This document shows positions 1 to 10,584 of a DNA stretch of 40,000 nucleotides, in pieces. The notes beneath the pieces were generated by a model. That model saw nothing but the letters and a program-made list of their open reading frames with translations, did no database searches and was not told the DNA's origin. How positions within the stretch are numbered: the first letter of the stretch is position 1; every line of letters starts with the position of its first letter. Both the position numbers and the translations under genes were made by a program. Source of the DNA: an uncultured Actinomycetota bacterium (GTDB lineage Bacteria; Actinomycetota; Actinomycetes; Actinomycetales; Kineosporiaceae); the NCBI GenBank assembly GCA_963778845.1, contig CAVZVW010000009.1, positions 1,702,206-1,742,205 of the forward strand, in the 5' to 3' direction.

Positions 1-2349
<2,349 letters not shown>

Positions 2350-2605
2350 CTGCGCTCCTCGTGCGGTCGGGCGATGGCGATGGGTTCCACCGGCTGACCA
2401 GTCGATGCTATCTCCGGTGTCTGACGGGATCACCCGCCGCGTGGGCAGCAGACTCCCGACACCTGTGCCTCGACCAACCCCTGCCAGGACTTTCGTGTTC
2501 CGGGCATGGAGCACCCGCCTGCCGGTTTCGCTGCCGGCGGAACCACCGTTGTGACTGATTCGCCCTATTCGCACCATGTGAGGCGACGCAGGTCCGCCCG
2601 CAGCG

Positions 2606-3775
2606 TCACCAGCCGTACGGCATTCCCGTGTAGTTCTCGGCCAGGCTCGTCGACGCCGCCTCCGACGAGCACACGTACGCCAGCTGGGCCAGCTGCAGCT
2701 GGGCGTCGAAGTCGTCCCCGACCCGGTGCAGCATCGACGTCATCCACCACGAGAAGTGCGTGCACCGCCAGACGCGTCGCAGGGCCGTCGCCGAGTAGGC
2801 CGCGGCGGGTTCGGGCCTCCCGTCGACCACGAGGGCGACGAGAGCCTGGCTGAGCAGGCTGACGTCGGCGATCGCGAGGTTGAGCCCCTTGGCACCCGTC
2901 GGCGGCACGATGTGGGCGGCGTCGCCGGCGAGGAAGAGCCGGCCGTGGCTCATCGGCGAGCAGACCCGGCTGCGCATCGGGGTGATGCTCTTCTCCAGCA
3001 CCGGGCCGGGCGTCAGCGACCAACCGTCGGCCGACAGCCGCGTGGCGAGCTGGTCCCACACCCGGTCGTCGGGCCATGCCTGCAGGGAGTCGTCGGCCGA
3101 GACCTGGAGGTAGAGCCGGCTGAGCGTGGGCGAGCGGAAGCTGTGCAGGGCGAAGCCCTCCGGGTGCCAGGCGTAGATGAGATGGTCGGTGGACGGCGCG
3201 ACGTCGGCGAGGACCGTGAGCCAGGCGTACGGGTACATGCGCTCCCAGGTGCGCCGTGCGAGGTGAGGGATCCCCGCCGCGCTCACCCCGTGCGAGCCGT
3301 CGCACCCGGCCACGGCGTCCGCGCTCAGCACGTGCGCCACGCCCGCGGCGTCCACGAAGCGCACCGTCGGGTGCTCGGTCGCCAGATCGTCCAGCTCGAC
3401 GTCGCGGACCTCGTAGTGGATCACCTGGCCCGCCGCGTCCCGTGCGGCGCCGAGGTCGCGCTGCAGCTGGGTCTGGCCGTAGGCCCATACCGTGCGCCCG
3501 CACAGTCGCGCGAAGTCCAGGTAGTGGCGTTCGCCGGGTCGGTTGAGGTAGATGCCCCGGTGCTCCTCGCCGTCCGTCACCACCCTGCCGCCCACCCCCG
3601 CGTCCGCGAGCAGGCCCACGGCCCCCTGCTCCAGGATCCCGGCGCGGATCCTCGACTCGACGTGTGCCCTGGACCGGGTCTCCAGGACCACCGAGTCCAC
3701 GCCCTGCAGGTCCAGCAGGTGGGCCAGCAGAAGGCCGGCCGGCCCGGCTCCGACGATCGCGACCTGAGTTCGCAT
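2606..3775 (-). CDS. pobA: 4-hydroxybenzoate 3-monooxygenase (FAD-dependent)
   Basis: 389 aa. N-terminal dinucleotide fold [21 protein letters not shown]. Full-length PobA-like sequence (...[28 protein letters not shown]...). Divergent from pcaHG. Confidence 0.88.
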   Translation of the reverse strand: MRTQVAIVGAGPAGLLLAHLLDLQGVDSVVLETRSRAHVESRIRAGILEQGAVGLLADAGVGGRVVTDGEEHRGIYLNRPGERHYLDFARLCGRTVWAYGQTQLQRDLGAARDAAGQVIHYEVRDVELDDLATEHPTVRFVDAAGVAHVLSADAVAGCDGSHGVSAAGIPHLARRTWERMYPYAWLTVLADVAPSTDHLIYAWHPEGFALHSFRSPTLSRLYLQVSADDSLQAWPDDRVWDQLATRLSADGWSLTPGPVLEKSITPMRSRVCSPMSHGRLFLAGDAAHIVPPTGAKGLNLAIADVSLLSQALVALVVDGRPEPAAAYSATALRRVWRCTHFSWWMTSMLHRVGDDFDAQLQLAQLAYVCSSEAASTSLAENYTGMPYGW

Positions 3776-3782
3776 GGAGCCG

Positions 3783-3788
3783 ATGCTA
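3783..3788 (-). promoter_or_regulatory. Candidate -10 box (TAGCAT) for a leaderless pobA mRNA
   Basis: The minus strand reads TAGCAT-cggctcc-ATG. The hexamer fits the actinobacterial TANNNT. It lies 7 nt upstream of the pobA ATG, and there is no Shine-Dalgarno sequence. Confidence 0.3.
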
Positions 3789-3812
3789 CGTTCGTCAGAT
3801 GCACCGGCGTTC

Positions 3813-4592
3813 GTGCTGCGAACAACCGGGCCGGCCGTCGTCCACCGGCGTCGCTCGGTGAGCAGCCCGCCCTCGACTCACGCACAGGGCCCCTACGAGC
3901 GGCCCCTCGGCGTCCACCCGCCCCTCGACCATCCCGCCTATGCCAGCACCCGGCTTCGACACCCCAGGCTCCCCCTGGTCCTTCTGCCGCACCGGCTGAC
4001 CGAGACGACCGGCCCGGTCTTCGGGCGATCCACCGTCACGCAAGCCGACGCCGATCTCACCACCGCGTTCGGTGGCGAGGCGATCGGCCAGCGCATCGTC
4101 GTCCACGGACGCGTGCTCGACGGCGGCGGCCGTGCCGTGCCGTGCACCCTCGTCGAGATCTGGCAGGCCAACGCTGCGGGGCGCTACCGCCACGACAACG
4201 ACCGCTGGTCGGCCCCGGTCGACCCCCACTTCCACGGCGGCGGACGGGTGATGACCGACGAGGCGGGCAGGTACGCGTTCACGACCGTCAAGCCCGGGGC
4301 CTACCCCTGGAAGAACCACCTCAACGCGTGGCGACCGGCGCACATCCACCTGTCGCTGTTCGGGCAGGCGTTCACGCAACGGCTGGTCACGCAGATGTAC
4401 TTCCCCGACGACCCGCTGTTCGACCAGGACCCGATCTTCCTGTCGGTGCCGGAGAAGGCGCGTGGCAGGCTGGTCGCAACGTACGACCATGCGGCGACCC
4501 TGCCGGAGTGGGCGCTCGGGTTCGCCTTCGACATCGTGCTTCGCGGGCGGGAGGGAACGCCCTTCGAGGCGCCCGGGGACGGCGATGACTGA
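3813..4592 (+). CDS. pcaH: Protocatechuate 3,4-dioxygenase beta subunit
   Basis: The ORF is open from 3774, but that ATG overlaps the pobA start codon, so a GTG at 3813 or 3858 is more plausible. Conserved core: GRVLDGGGRAVPCTLVEIWQANAAGRYRH...PGAYPWKNHLNAWRPAHIHLSLFGQAFTQRLVTQMYFPDDPL. Confidence 0.85.
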   Translation: MLRTTGPAVVHRRRSVSSPPSTHAQGPYERPLGVHPPLDHPAYASTRLRHPRLPLVLLPHRLTETTGPVFGRSTVTQADADLTTAFGGEAIGQRIVVHGRVLDGGGRAVPCTLVEIWQANAAGRYRHDNDRWSAPVDPHFHGGGRVMTDEAGRYAFTTVKPGAYPWKNHLNAWRPAHIHLSLFGQAFTQRLVTQMYFPDDPLFDQDPIFLSVPEKARGRLVATYDHAATLPEWALGFAFDIVLRGREGTPFEAPGDGDD

Positions 4593-5166
4593 CGACGCCG
4601 GCCCGCGCCGCATGCGCGGCGGCCCGACACCGGGCCTGACGCCGTCGCAGACCGTCGGACCGTTCCTGAGCATCGGCCTGCACTGGGACGACGGGCCGCA
4701 CGCCGTCCCAGACGGCACCGCCGGGGCGGTCCGGATCGGCGGCGTGCTGCTCGACGGAGCCGGCGACCCGGTCGGCGACGGGGTGGTCGAGACCTGGCAG
4801 GCCGACGCCGACGGTGCTTTCGCACCGCGCCCCGGGTTTCGCGGCCTCGCCCGCAGCCTCACCGGTGCCGACGGCACGTGGGAGGTGCTGACGGTGATGC
4901 CCGCACCGCTGCCCACCCCCGACGGCGAGGTCGAGGCGCCGCACCTGGACGTCTCGGTGTTCGCCCGCGGCCTGCTCGACCGGCTCGTGACCCGCGTCTA
5001 CTTCCCCGACCAGTCGGCGAACGACACCGACCCCGTGCTGCGCGCCGTCCCGCCGTCGCGGAGAGGAACGCTCGTCGCACGCGCCGTCCCCGGGGGCTAC
5101 CGCTTCGACATCCGGTTGCAGGGACACCAGGGCGGGGGCGACGAGACTGTCTTCTTCGACCTCTGA
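4585..5166 (+). CDS. pcaG: Protocatechuate 3,4-dioxygenase alpha subunit
   Basis: ATG at 4585 overlaps the pcaH stop (ATGACTGA). Sequence: MTDDAGP...LTPSQTVGPFLSIGL...VETWQADADG...PHLDVSVFARGLLDRLVTRVYFPD. Confidence 0.85.
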   Translation: MTDDAGPRRMRGGPTPGLTPSQTVGPFLSIGLHWDDGPHAVPDGTAGAVRIGGVLLDGAGDPVGDGVVETWQADADGAFAPRPGFRGLARSLTGADGTWEVLTVMPAPLPTPDGEVEAPHLDVSVFARGLLDRLVTRVYFPDQSANDTDPVLRAVPPSRRGTLVARAVPGGYRFDIRLQGHQGGGDETVFFDL

Positions 5167-5230
5167 CGGCTCGGGATCCGCAGCGGACGGCTGCGTACCG
5201 GCACCTGCGGCGCCGGGGCTCTTCGACGCC

Positions 5231-6472
5231 GTGTATGCCACACCGCAGGTGCTGGCGGCCACCGGCGACGCCGCATGGGTGCGTGCAATGCTCACCACGG
5301 AGGCCGCCCTTGCGCGTGCCGGCGCCGAGGTCGGCCTGGTGCCGCCGGGGTGCGCGGCCGACATCGTGGCCGCCTGCCGAACGGACCTGGTGGACGTCGC
5401 GCAGCTGGCTGCCGCTGCCGGCGCCGACGCCACCCCGGTCACCGCGCTGGTGCGTCGGTTGCGCGAGCTGGCAGGCCCGCGGGCGGCACGGTACGTGCAT
5501 CTCGGCGCGACCAGCCAGGACATCCTCGACTGCGCCCAGATGTTGGTGGCGCGATCGGCGATCGAGGAGGTGCTGGTCGACGCCGCTGAGGTGGCCCGGC
5601 TGCTGGCCGGGCTGGCCGCGGTCCACCGCGACGCCGAGCAGGTCGGTCGCACGCTGCTGCGGCAGGCCGCGGTCACGACGTTCGGGGCAGCGTGCGCGGC
5701 GCGGCTGGTGGCCGTCGACGAGGCGCGCCACCGGCTCGCCGACGTGAGCCGGCGCCGGCTCGCCGTGCAGCTCGGCGGGCCGGTCGGCGTCCTGGGCGGG
5801 CTCGGCCCGCGAGCCCTCGACCTGGCAGCCGCGCTGGCCCGGGAGCTCGGCCTGGCTGAGCCGGTGACGCCCTGGCACACCTCCCGCGGCAGGGTGGTCG
5901 AGGTCGCCGCCGCCGCCGGTGTCCTGGCCGGCGAGCTCGGCGCGGTCTCGGCCGACCTCGTGCTGCTCGCGTCGGTGGAGATCGGCGAGGTCGCACCGTC
6001 GCACCCGGGCGGGTCCTCGGCCATGCCGCACAAGCAGAACTCGGCACGAGCCGTGCTCGCGGTCGCGTGCACCCACCGGGTCCCGGGGCTGGTCGCCACG
6101 CTGATGGCGGGCATGCCGCAGCAGCTGCAGCGCGCCGCCGGGGCGTGGCAGGCGGAGTGGGGAACGCAGTCGAGCCTGCTGTGCCTGGTCGCGGCGAGCG
6201 CGCAGCACACCCGCGCGGCGCTGGACGGTCTTCATGTCGACACCGCGCGGATGGCCGACCACGTGGCTGAGCTACGCTCACTTGCCCGCTCGGGGTCGCT
6301 CGACGCGCAGACCTGGCTCGACCCCGGCACCGCCGGGCTGCTCGTGGACCGGGCCCTCCAGGCGCACGCGAACCTCGCCACACCCGGCAGCCCAGCAGAA
6401 GATCCGACCGACCGTACAGCAGCGGGCCTGACCGGCCGCACGGCCGACGACCCGGCCGGAGGCACCCGGTGA
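5231..6472 (+). CDS. pcaB: 3-carboxy-cis,cis-muconate cycloisomerase (fumarate-lyase superfamily)
   Basis: Carries the lyase signature GGSSAMPHKQNSARA and HLGATSQDILD. The first canonical start is GTG 5231. The conserved N-terminal LFDA lies just upstream of it in frame, so the true start is uncertain. Confidence 0.82.
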   Translation: MYATPQVLAATGDAAWVRAMLTTEAALARAGAEVGLVPPGCAADIVAACRTDLVDVAQLAAAAGADATPVTALVRRLRELAGPRAARYVHLGATSQDILDCAQMLVARSAIEEVLVDAAEVARLLAGLAAVHRDAEQVGRTLLRQAAVTTFGAACAARLVAVDEARHRLADVSRRRLAVQLGGPVGVLGGLGPRALDLAAALARELGLAEPVTPWHTSRGRVVEVAAAAGVLAGELGAVSADLVLLASVEIGEVAPSHPGGSSAMPHKQNSARAVLAVACTHRVPGLVATLMAGMPQQLQRAAGAWQAEWGTQSSLLCLVAASAQHTRAALDGLHVDTARMADHVAELRSLARSGSLDAQTWLDPGTAGLLVDRALQAHANLATPGSPAEDPTDRTAAGLTGRTADDPAGGTR

Positions 6473-7236
6473 CGGCGCGCCTGGGGCACGAGGTGGAGGG
6501 GAGCCTCGCGGGCGGCCCCGTGCTGGTGCTCGCGCCGTCGCTGGGCACCGACCGGGGGCTGTGGGCGCCGCAGCGCGCCGCCTTCGCGCAGCACTTCACC
6601 GTGGTGGCGCTGGACCACCGCGGCCACGGGGGCTCGGACGTACCCGAACCGCCCTACTCCCTGGCCGACGTCGCCGGCGACGTCCTGGCACTCCTGGACG
6701 AGCTCGGTGTCGCCCGGTTCAGCTTCTGCGGTCTGTCCCTCGGCGCCATGGTGGGCATGTGGGTGGCCTCACACGCGCCCGACCGGGTCGACAGGCTGGC
6801 CCTGTGCTGCACGTCGGCTCACCTGCCGCCGGCCCAGACCTGGCTGGACAGGGGCGCCGCCGTGCAGGCCGGCGGCATGACCGCGGTCGCCGACGCGGTC
6901 GTCGGGCGCTGGTTCACGCCGGATTTCTCCCGTGACGCCCCCCTCGTCGTCCAGGAGTGCCGCCAGATGCTCCTGAGCACCCCTCCCCTGGGCTACGCCG
7001 GGTGCTGCGCGGCCATCGCCGGCATGGATCTGCGGCCGAACCTGGCCGACATCGCGGCCCCGACCTTGGTGCTGGCGGGACAGCAGGACGCCGCGACTCC
7101 GCCCGAGCATGCCGAGCACCTCGCGGGGGGCATCGCGGGCGCTCGGCTTGCGGTCGTGGAGGGGTGCGCCCACCTGGCCATCCGGCAGCGCCCCGAGGAG
7201 TGCACCAGGCTGCTCCTGGACCACCTCTGCGGGTGA
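6469..7236 (+). CDS. pcaD: 3-oxoadipate enol-lactonase (alpha/beta hydrolase). Stand-alone, not fused to PcaC.
   Basis: GTGA overlap with the pcaB stop. 255 aa with nucleophile elbow GLSLGAMVG. Position after pcaB. Confidence 0.75.
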   Translation: MTARLGHEVEGSLAGGPVLVLAPSLGTDRGLWAPQRAAFAQHFTVVALDHRGHGGSDVPEPPYSLADVAGDVLALLDELGVARFSFCGLSLGAMVGMWVASHAPDRVDRLALCCTSAHLPPAQTWLDRGAAVQAGGMTAVADAVVGRWFTPDFSRDAPLVVQECRQMLLSTPPLGYAGCCAAIAGMDLRPNLADIAAPTLVLAGQQDAATPPEHAEHLAGGIAGARLAVVEGCAHLAIRQRPEECTRLLLDHLCG

Positions 7237-7300
7237 GCGCGAGCTCGTGCGGCGCGGCCGGCCCAGACAGCATGGGGCGTGGCTGGGGGACTCGACCGCA

Positions 7301-7318
7301 GGCCGGTCTAGACCGGCC
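7301..7318. terminator. Perfect 18-bp palindrome between convergent pcaD and the ferredoxin gene
   Basis: GGCCGGTCTAGACCGGCC is its own reverse complement. It overlaps the ferredoxin TAG stop (7308-7310). A hairpin could form on either transcript. Confidence 0.3.
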
Positions 7319-7559
7319 GGAGGTGCAAGGCCATGAGTGGGCAGGCGTCGACCGCGGCGGCGGCGTGCTCGACCAGGCCCGCCGGCACGCTGACCACCCC
7401 TCGGGCGTCGGTGGCGTCCGGCCTGCCCACCGGGTAGCCCCACGGGTCCTCGCGCAGCAGCTCCGGCAGGAGCTCGGTGCACAGGCCGCGCCCGTCGCAC
7501 CGGGTCCAGTCGACTCGCAGCCTCGCGGCGACGACGTTCCGGTTCGTGGTGGTGGTCAC
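7308..7559 (-). CDS. Small ferredoxin (single [Fe-S] cluster type)
   Basis: GTG at 7559 is preceded by GAGGAG. 83 aa: VTTTTNRNVVAARLRVDWTRCDGRGLCTELLPELLREDPWGYPV...AAAVDACPLMALHL (C-x5-C ... CP). This is the C-terminal part of the long track ORF 7308..8735; the upstream part of that ORF is not coding. Confidence 0.65.
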   Translation of the reverse strand: MTTTTNRNVVAARLRVDWTRCDGRGLCTELLPELLREDPWGYPVGRPDATDARGVVSVPAGLVEHAAAAVDACPLMALHLRPV

Positions 7560-7597
7560 GGGTGCTCCTCTTGCGTGGCTCGGGGTCGGTGGGTGGC

Positions 7598-7657
7598 GGG
7601 TAGGCGGGTCGTGGGTAGCCAGGTGGTGGGTAGGCGGGTCGCGGGTAGGCGGTGCAG
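7598..7657. repeat. Degenerate 15-bp tandem repeat x4 (GGGTAGGCGGGTCGY). G-rich on the plus strand.
   Basis: GGGTAG recurs at 7598, 7613, 7628 and 7643, an exact 15-bp period. The array lies in the spacer between the NuoF-like stop (7673) and the ferredoxin start (7559). Confidence 0.8.
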
Positions 7658-7672
7658 ACGCACCACCGCGGG

Positions 7673-8923
7673 TCAGTGCTCGACCAGACAGCGGCCCTCG
7701 AGGTGCGCCGACACGTCGTCGCCGAACGTGCGCAGGGCGCTGCGCAGCAGCCGGACCGTCCCGTCGGGGTGCTGGCAGGCACCGCGGCCGCAGACCAGCT
7801 CGGCGAGCCGGGCCAGGCGTGCCGGCAGCTGCGCGTCGGCCCGGCCCCGCGCGAGCAGGCTCATCGTCGACGCCATCGCCGGCAGCCCGTTCAGGCACGG
7901 GCCGCACTGCGCCGCGGTCTGAGCCGCGAGGTAGTCCACGATCCCGGCCGTCGCCTGCAGGCCGCAAGAACCCGACGGTAGCGCGACCACCACGCCCGCA
8001 CCGGGGCTCGCGCCCCACGGCGAGAGCCCTCTGCGCGACATCGCGGTGTCGAAGGCCTGGGGCATGGGCAGCCAGGCCCCGTGGTACCCGCCCACCAGCA
8101 CGGCGGACAGCGGACCATCGCTGCCTCCGGCCAGCTCGAGCAGCTGCCCGAGCGACGTGCCGTAGGCGGCCTCGACGACGCCCGGACGGCGCACCGCGCC
8201 GCTGAGCGTGGCCAGGAACGTCCCCGGCTGGTCGGCCTCGCCCGCACCGCGGAACCAAGCGGAGCCGTGGCGGGCGATGAGCGCGACATGCGCCAACGTC
8301 TCCACGTTCTGCACGAGGGTCGGTCGGCCACGCACGCCTGACTCCACGACCATGCGTGCCTTGAACCTCGGTAGCGCCGGCGCACCCTCCAGTGCGGCGA
8401 CCACCGCGGACTCCTCGCCCGCGACGAAGGTGTCCGGCGCCCGCAGCACCTCCACGCCAAGCCTGTCGTGGCCGCGCTCGCGCCGCTCGCGCACAGCAGC
8501 GCTCACGACCTCGAGTGCCCTCCCGTGTTCCCCGACGTACATGTAGGCCTCGCCCGCGCCCACAGCCTCGGCCGCCAGCTGGAGGCCGTCGAGCACCAGG
8601 TGCGGTGCGTTCACCAGCAGTGCAGCGTCCTTCGCGCTGGCGGGCTCGCCCTCGGCGCCGTTGGCCACCACGACAGCGGCACCGGACCGCCTCGACCCGC
8701 GCGCGGCGGCGCCGACCGCCGCCAGCTTGCGCCACGTGGGGAAGGCCGCACCGCCTCGGCCGGTGAGCCCCGCGGCCTCGATCTCATCCACCAGTGCCGG
8801 CCCCGGGTGCGGACAGACGCCGTGGCGCTGCAGATGGGCGTCGAGCCCGGGGGCGAGCGCCGCGGTCAGCCGGCCGAGGCCGGCCGCTGCCGTGCGGGAC
8901 CCCGTCGTCGAGATGGCGCTCAC
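7673..8923 (-). CDS. NuoF-like protein (NADH/FMN-binding with the complex I 51-kDa-type Fe-S region)
   Basis: GTG at 8923 forms a GTGA overlap with the upstream stop. Motifs: GLTGRGGAAFPTWRKL, VVANGAEGEPASAKD, QCGPCLNGLP, VCGRGACQHPDG. Confidence 0.8.
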   Translation of the reverse strand: MSAISTTGSRTAAAGLGRLTAALAPGLDAHLQRHGVCPHPGPALVDEIEAAGLTGRGGAAFPTWRKLAAVGAAARGSRRSGAAVVVANGAEGEPASAKDAALLVNAPHLVLDGLQLAAEAVGAGEAYMYVGEHGRALEVVSAAVRERRERGHDRLGVEVLRAPDTFVAGEESAVVAALEGAPALPRFKARMVVESGVRGRPTLVQNVETLAHVALIARHGSAWFRGAGEADQPGTFLATLSGAVRRPGVVEAAYGTSLGQLLELAGGSDGPLSAVLVGGYHGAWLPMPQAFDTAMSRRGLSPWGASPGAGVVVALPSGSCGLQATAGIVDYLAAQTAAQCGPCLNGLPAMASTMSLLARGRADAQLPARLARLAELVCGRGACQHPDGTVRLLRSALRTFGDDVSAHLEGRCLVEH

Positions 8924-9561
8924 CGGTGGCTCCTGACGGGAAGTGCCTGCAGGCGGGACGGCGACCTCGCGGGGTCCGGGACAGGCAGGGGCGCAGGAGC
9001 GTGAGTTCGCCGTCCGGCGACCTGGGCGAAAGTCGGCGCGACCCGCCACGACAGCGTCGCCGCCACGGTCGCGGCGCAGACCGCCGCCACAGCGGTCATC
9101 CACGGCGTGCCCGTGTCGGAGCCGGTGCCGATCCCGTGCAGCATCGCCAGGGGCCACGCGCCGTAGGCGAGCCAGTGGATGCCGCGCCAGGCGCGGTGAC
9201 CGATCCGGGCCCGCAGCACGCTGGTGGCGACGAGCGCGACGACCAGGTCGAGGCCGAGCGTGCCCAGGCCGAGCCACAACGGTCGGTAGCTGCCCGCGAA
9301 CGGCAGCACGAGGTCGACCAGTCTCAGCTGGGCGTAGGGGTCGAACAGCAGCGTGCCGACGTGGACGGCGAGGAAGACCACCGAGAGCAGCCCGGCGTTG
9401 CGGTGCACGGCCGACACGGCGAACCTCGGCAGGCCCGCGAGGACCCGTCCGGATCTGGTGGCGATGCCCAGCACGACCACGAGGCTCAGCAGCACCAGGG
9501 ACACCACACCCGAGCCTCGACCCAGGTACCACAGGGCGGCGGTGGCAGTGGCGGTAGTCAT
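8920..9561 (-). CDS. Ferric-reductase-like (MsrQ/FRD-type) polytopic membrane protein
   Basis: ATG at 9561 is preceded by GAGGAGG and forms an ATGA overlap with the apbE stop. 213 aa with several hydrophobic helices and conserved His residues (AVSAVHRNAGLL..FLAVHVGTLL...IHWLAYGAWPLAMLHGIGTG). Confidence 0.7.
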   Translation of the reverse strand: MTTATATAALWYLGRGSGVVSLVLLSLVVVLGIATRSGRVLAGLPRFAVSAVHRNAGLLSVVFLAVHVGTLLFDPYAQLRLVDLVLPFAGSYRPLWLGLGTLGLDLVVALVATSVLRARIGHRAWRGIHWLAYGAWPLAMLHGIGTGSDTGTPWMTAVAAVCAATVAATLSWRVAPTFAQVAGRRTHAPAPLPVPDPARSPSRLQALPVRSHR

Positions 9562-10580
9562 CGAACAGCCTCCTCGGGCCAGTCGGGGGTGGTGACGACC
9601 TCGCCGGCCGCGGTCACGAGGCGGGCCGGCACGCCGAGGGACCGCAGCCACGGCAACGCGGCTCGGCCACGCACGAGCGCCGCCGTGGTCAGGGTGTTGG
9701 CGGCCACGCAGGTGTGGGCGGCCGCGGTCACGCTCCGCCACACGGGGGCGACGGGCAGGCCGGTCGCGGGGTCGAGCACGTGGTGCATCTCGGCGCCGGC
9801 CTGGAGCCACCGGCGACGGACCGTGCTCGACGTCGCGATGGCCGCACCCGACGGGAGGAGGACCGTGCACGCGGGGTCGCCTGGGGTGTCCTGCACGAGC
9901 ACCTGCCAGCCTCCGCCGCGGGCTTGCCCCGCTGTGGCGATGTCGCCCCCGAGGCTCACCAGCACCCCGACACCCAGGCGCTGCGCCACCAGATGCGCGC
10001 ACTGGTCGGCCGCCGCCGCCTTCGCGGTCGCGCCGAGGTCCAGGACCGTCCCCGACGGCACACGCAGGCTGCGCCCGTCGAGGCGGACGCCGCGCCAGCC
10101 GCTGGCGGGGCGGTGGCTGATCCGCGAGAAGCCTCCGGCGCGGGCGACGGCGTCCGCTGCAGGGCGGGGCGTCGGGTCGGCCCGCGCCAGGTCGGCGAGG
10201 TCCCGGTCGTAGCCGATGCCGACCATGGCCGCCCCCACGGTCGGGTCGACGTCGCCGTCGGTGTTGCGAGCGGCCTCGAGGGCCACCGCGACCAGGTCGG
10301 CCAGCAGCGGGCCGACCGTCACGCTGCGACCGCCGGAGCGGTTGACAGCGGCCAGCTCGGAGTCGTCACGGAAGCGGCTCGCCGCCAGGTCGACCGCATC
10401 GAGGTGCTCGACGACGATCCGGTGTGCGGCAGCCAGCGCAGCCGGGTCGCAGACCACGATGCGCGCGGTGGTGCTCCAGAGAGCCCACTCGAGGGTGTCC
10501 GGGCCGGCCGGCGCCGTCTGTGCCGCCGGCGTCGTCTGGGCCGCCCAGGCCCCTTGTGCCACGAAGGCGGGTGCGCTCAC
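9558..10580 (-). CDS. apbE: FAD:protein FMN transferase (flavin transferase, ApbE family)
   Basis: 340 aa. ApbE-like throughout (...AASRFRDDSELAAVN...DPTVGAAMVGIGYDRD...LDLGATAKAAAADQ...LVSLGGDIATAG...). I see no obvious N-terminal signal peptide or lipobox. Confidence 0.8.
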   Translation of the reverse strand: MSAPAFVAQGAWAAQTTPAAQTAPAGPDTLEWALWSTTARIVVCDPAALAAAHRIVVEHLDAVDLAASRFRDDSELAAVNRSGGRSVTVGPLLADLVAVALEAARNTDGDVDPTVGAAMVGIGYDRDLADLARADPTPRPAADAVARAGGFSRISHRPASGWRGVRLDGRSLRVPSGTVLDLGATAKAAAADQCAHLVAQRLGVGVLVSLGGDIATAGQARGGGWQVLVQDTPGDPACTVLLPSGAAIATSSTVRRRWLQAGAEMHHVLDPATGLPVAPVWRSVTAAAHTCVAANTLTTAALVRGRAALPWLRSLGVPARLVTAAGEVVTTPDWPEEAVR

Positions 10581-10584
10581 GTCC

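Noticed and set aside
2549-2585. A possible ClgR-type operator upstream of clpC1 (TTCGCCCTATTCGCA).
   Set aside because: The two half-sites are direct, not inverted. They do not fit the palindromic CGC-N5-GCG type consensus as I remember it, so I cannot support the call.
3774-3812. ATG 3774 as the pcaH start (the longest ORF).
   Set aside because: It overlaps the divergent pobA start codon (3773-3775), leaving no promoter space. The homologous region of PcaH begins later, so GTG 3813 or 3858 is more plausible.
7560-8735. The upstream extension of the ferredoxin ORF (track ORF 7308..8735, 475 aa), including DPPT(H/R)H-like repeats encoded by the 15-bp array.
   Set aside because: It overlaps the well-supported NuoF-like gene in another frame. 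It has no in-frame start between 7559 and the repeats. A strong GAGGAG-GTG start at 7559 fits an 83-aa ferredoxin.
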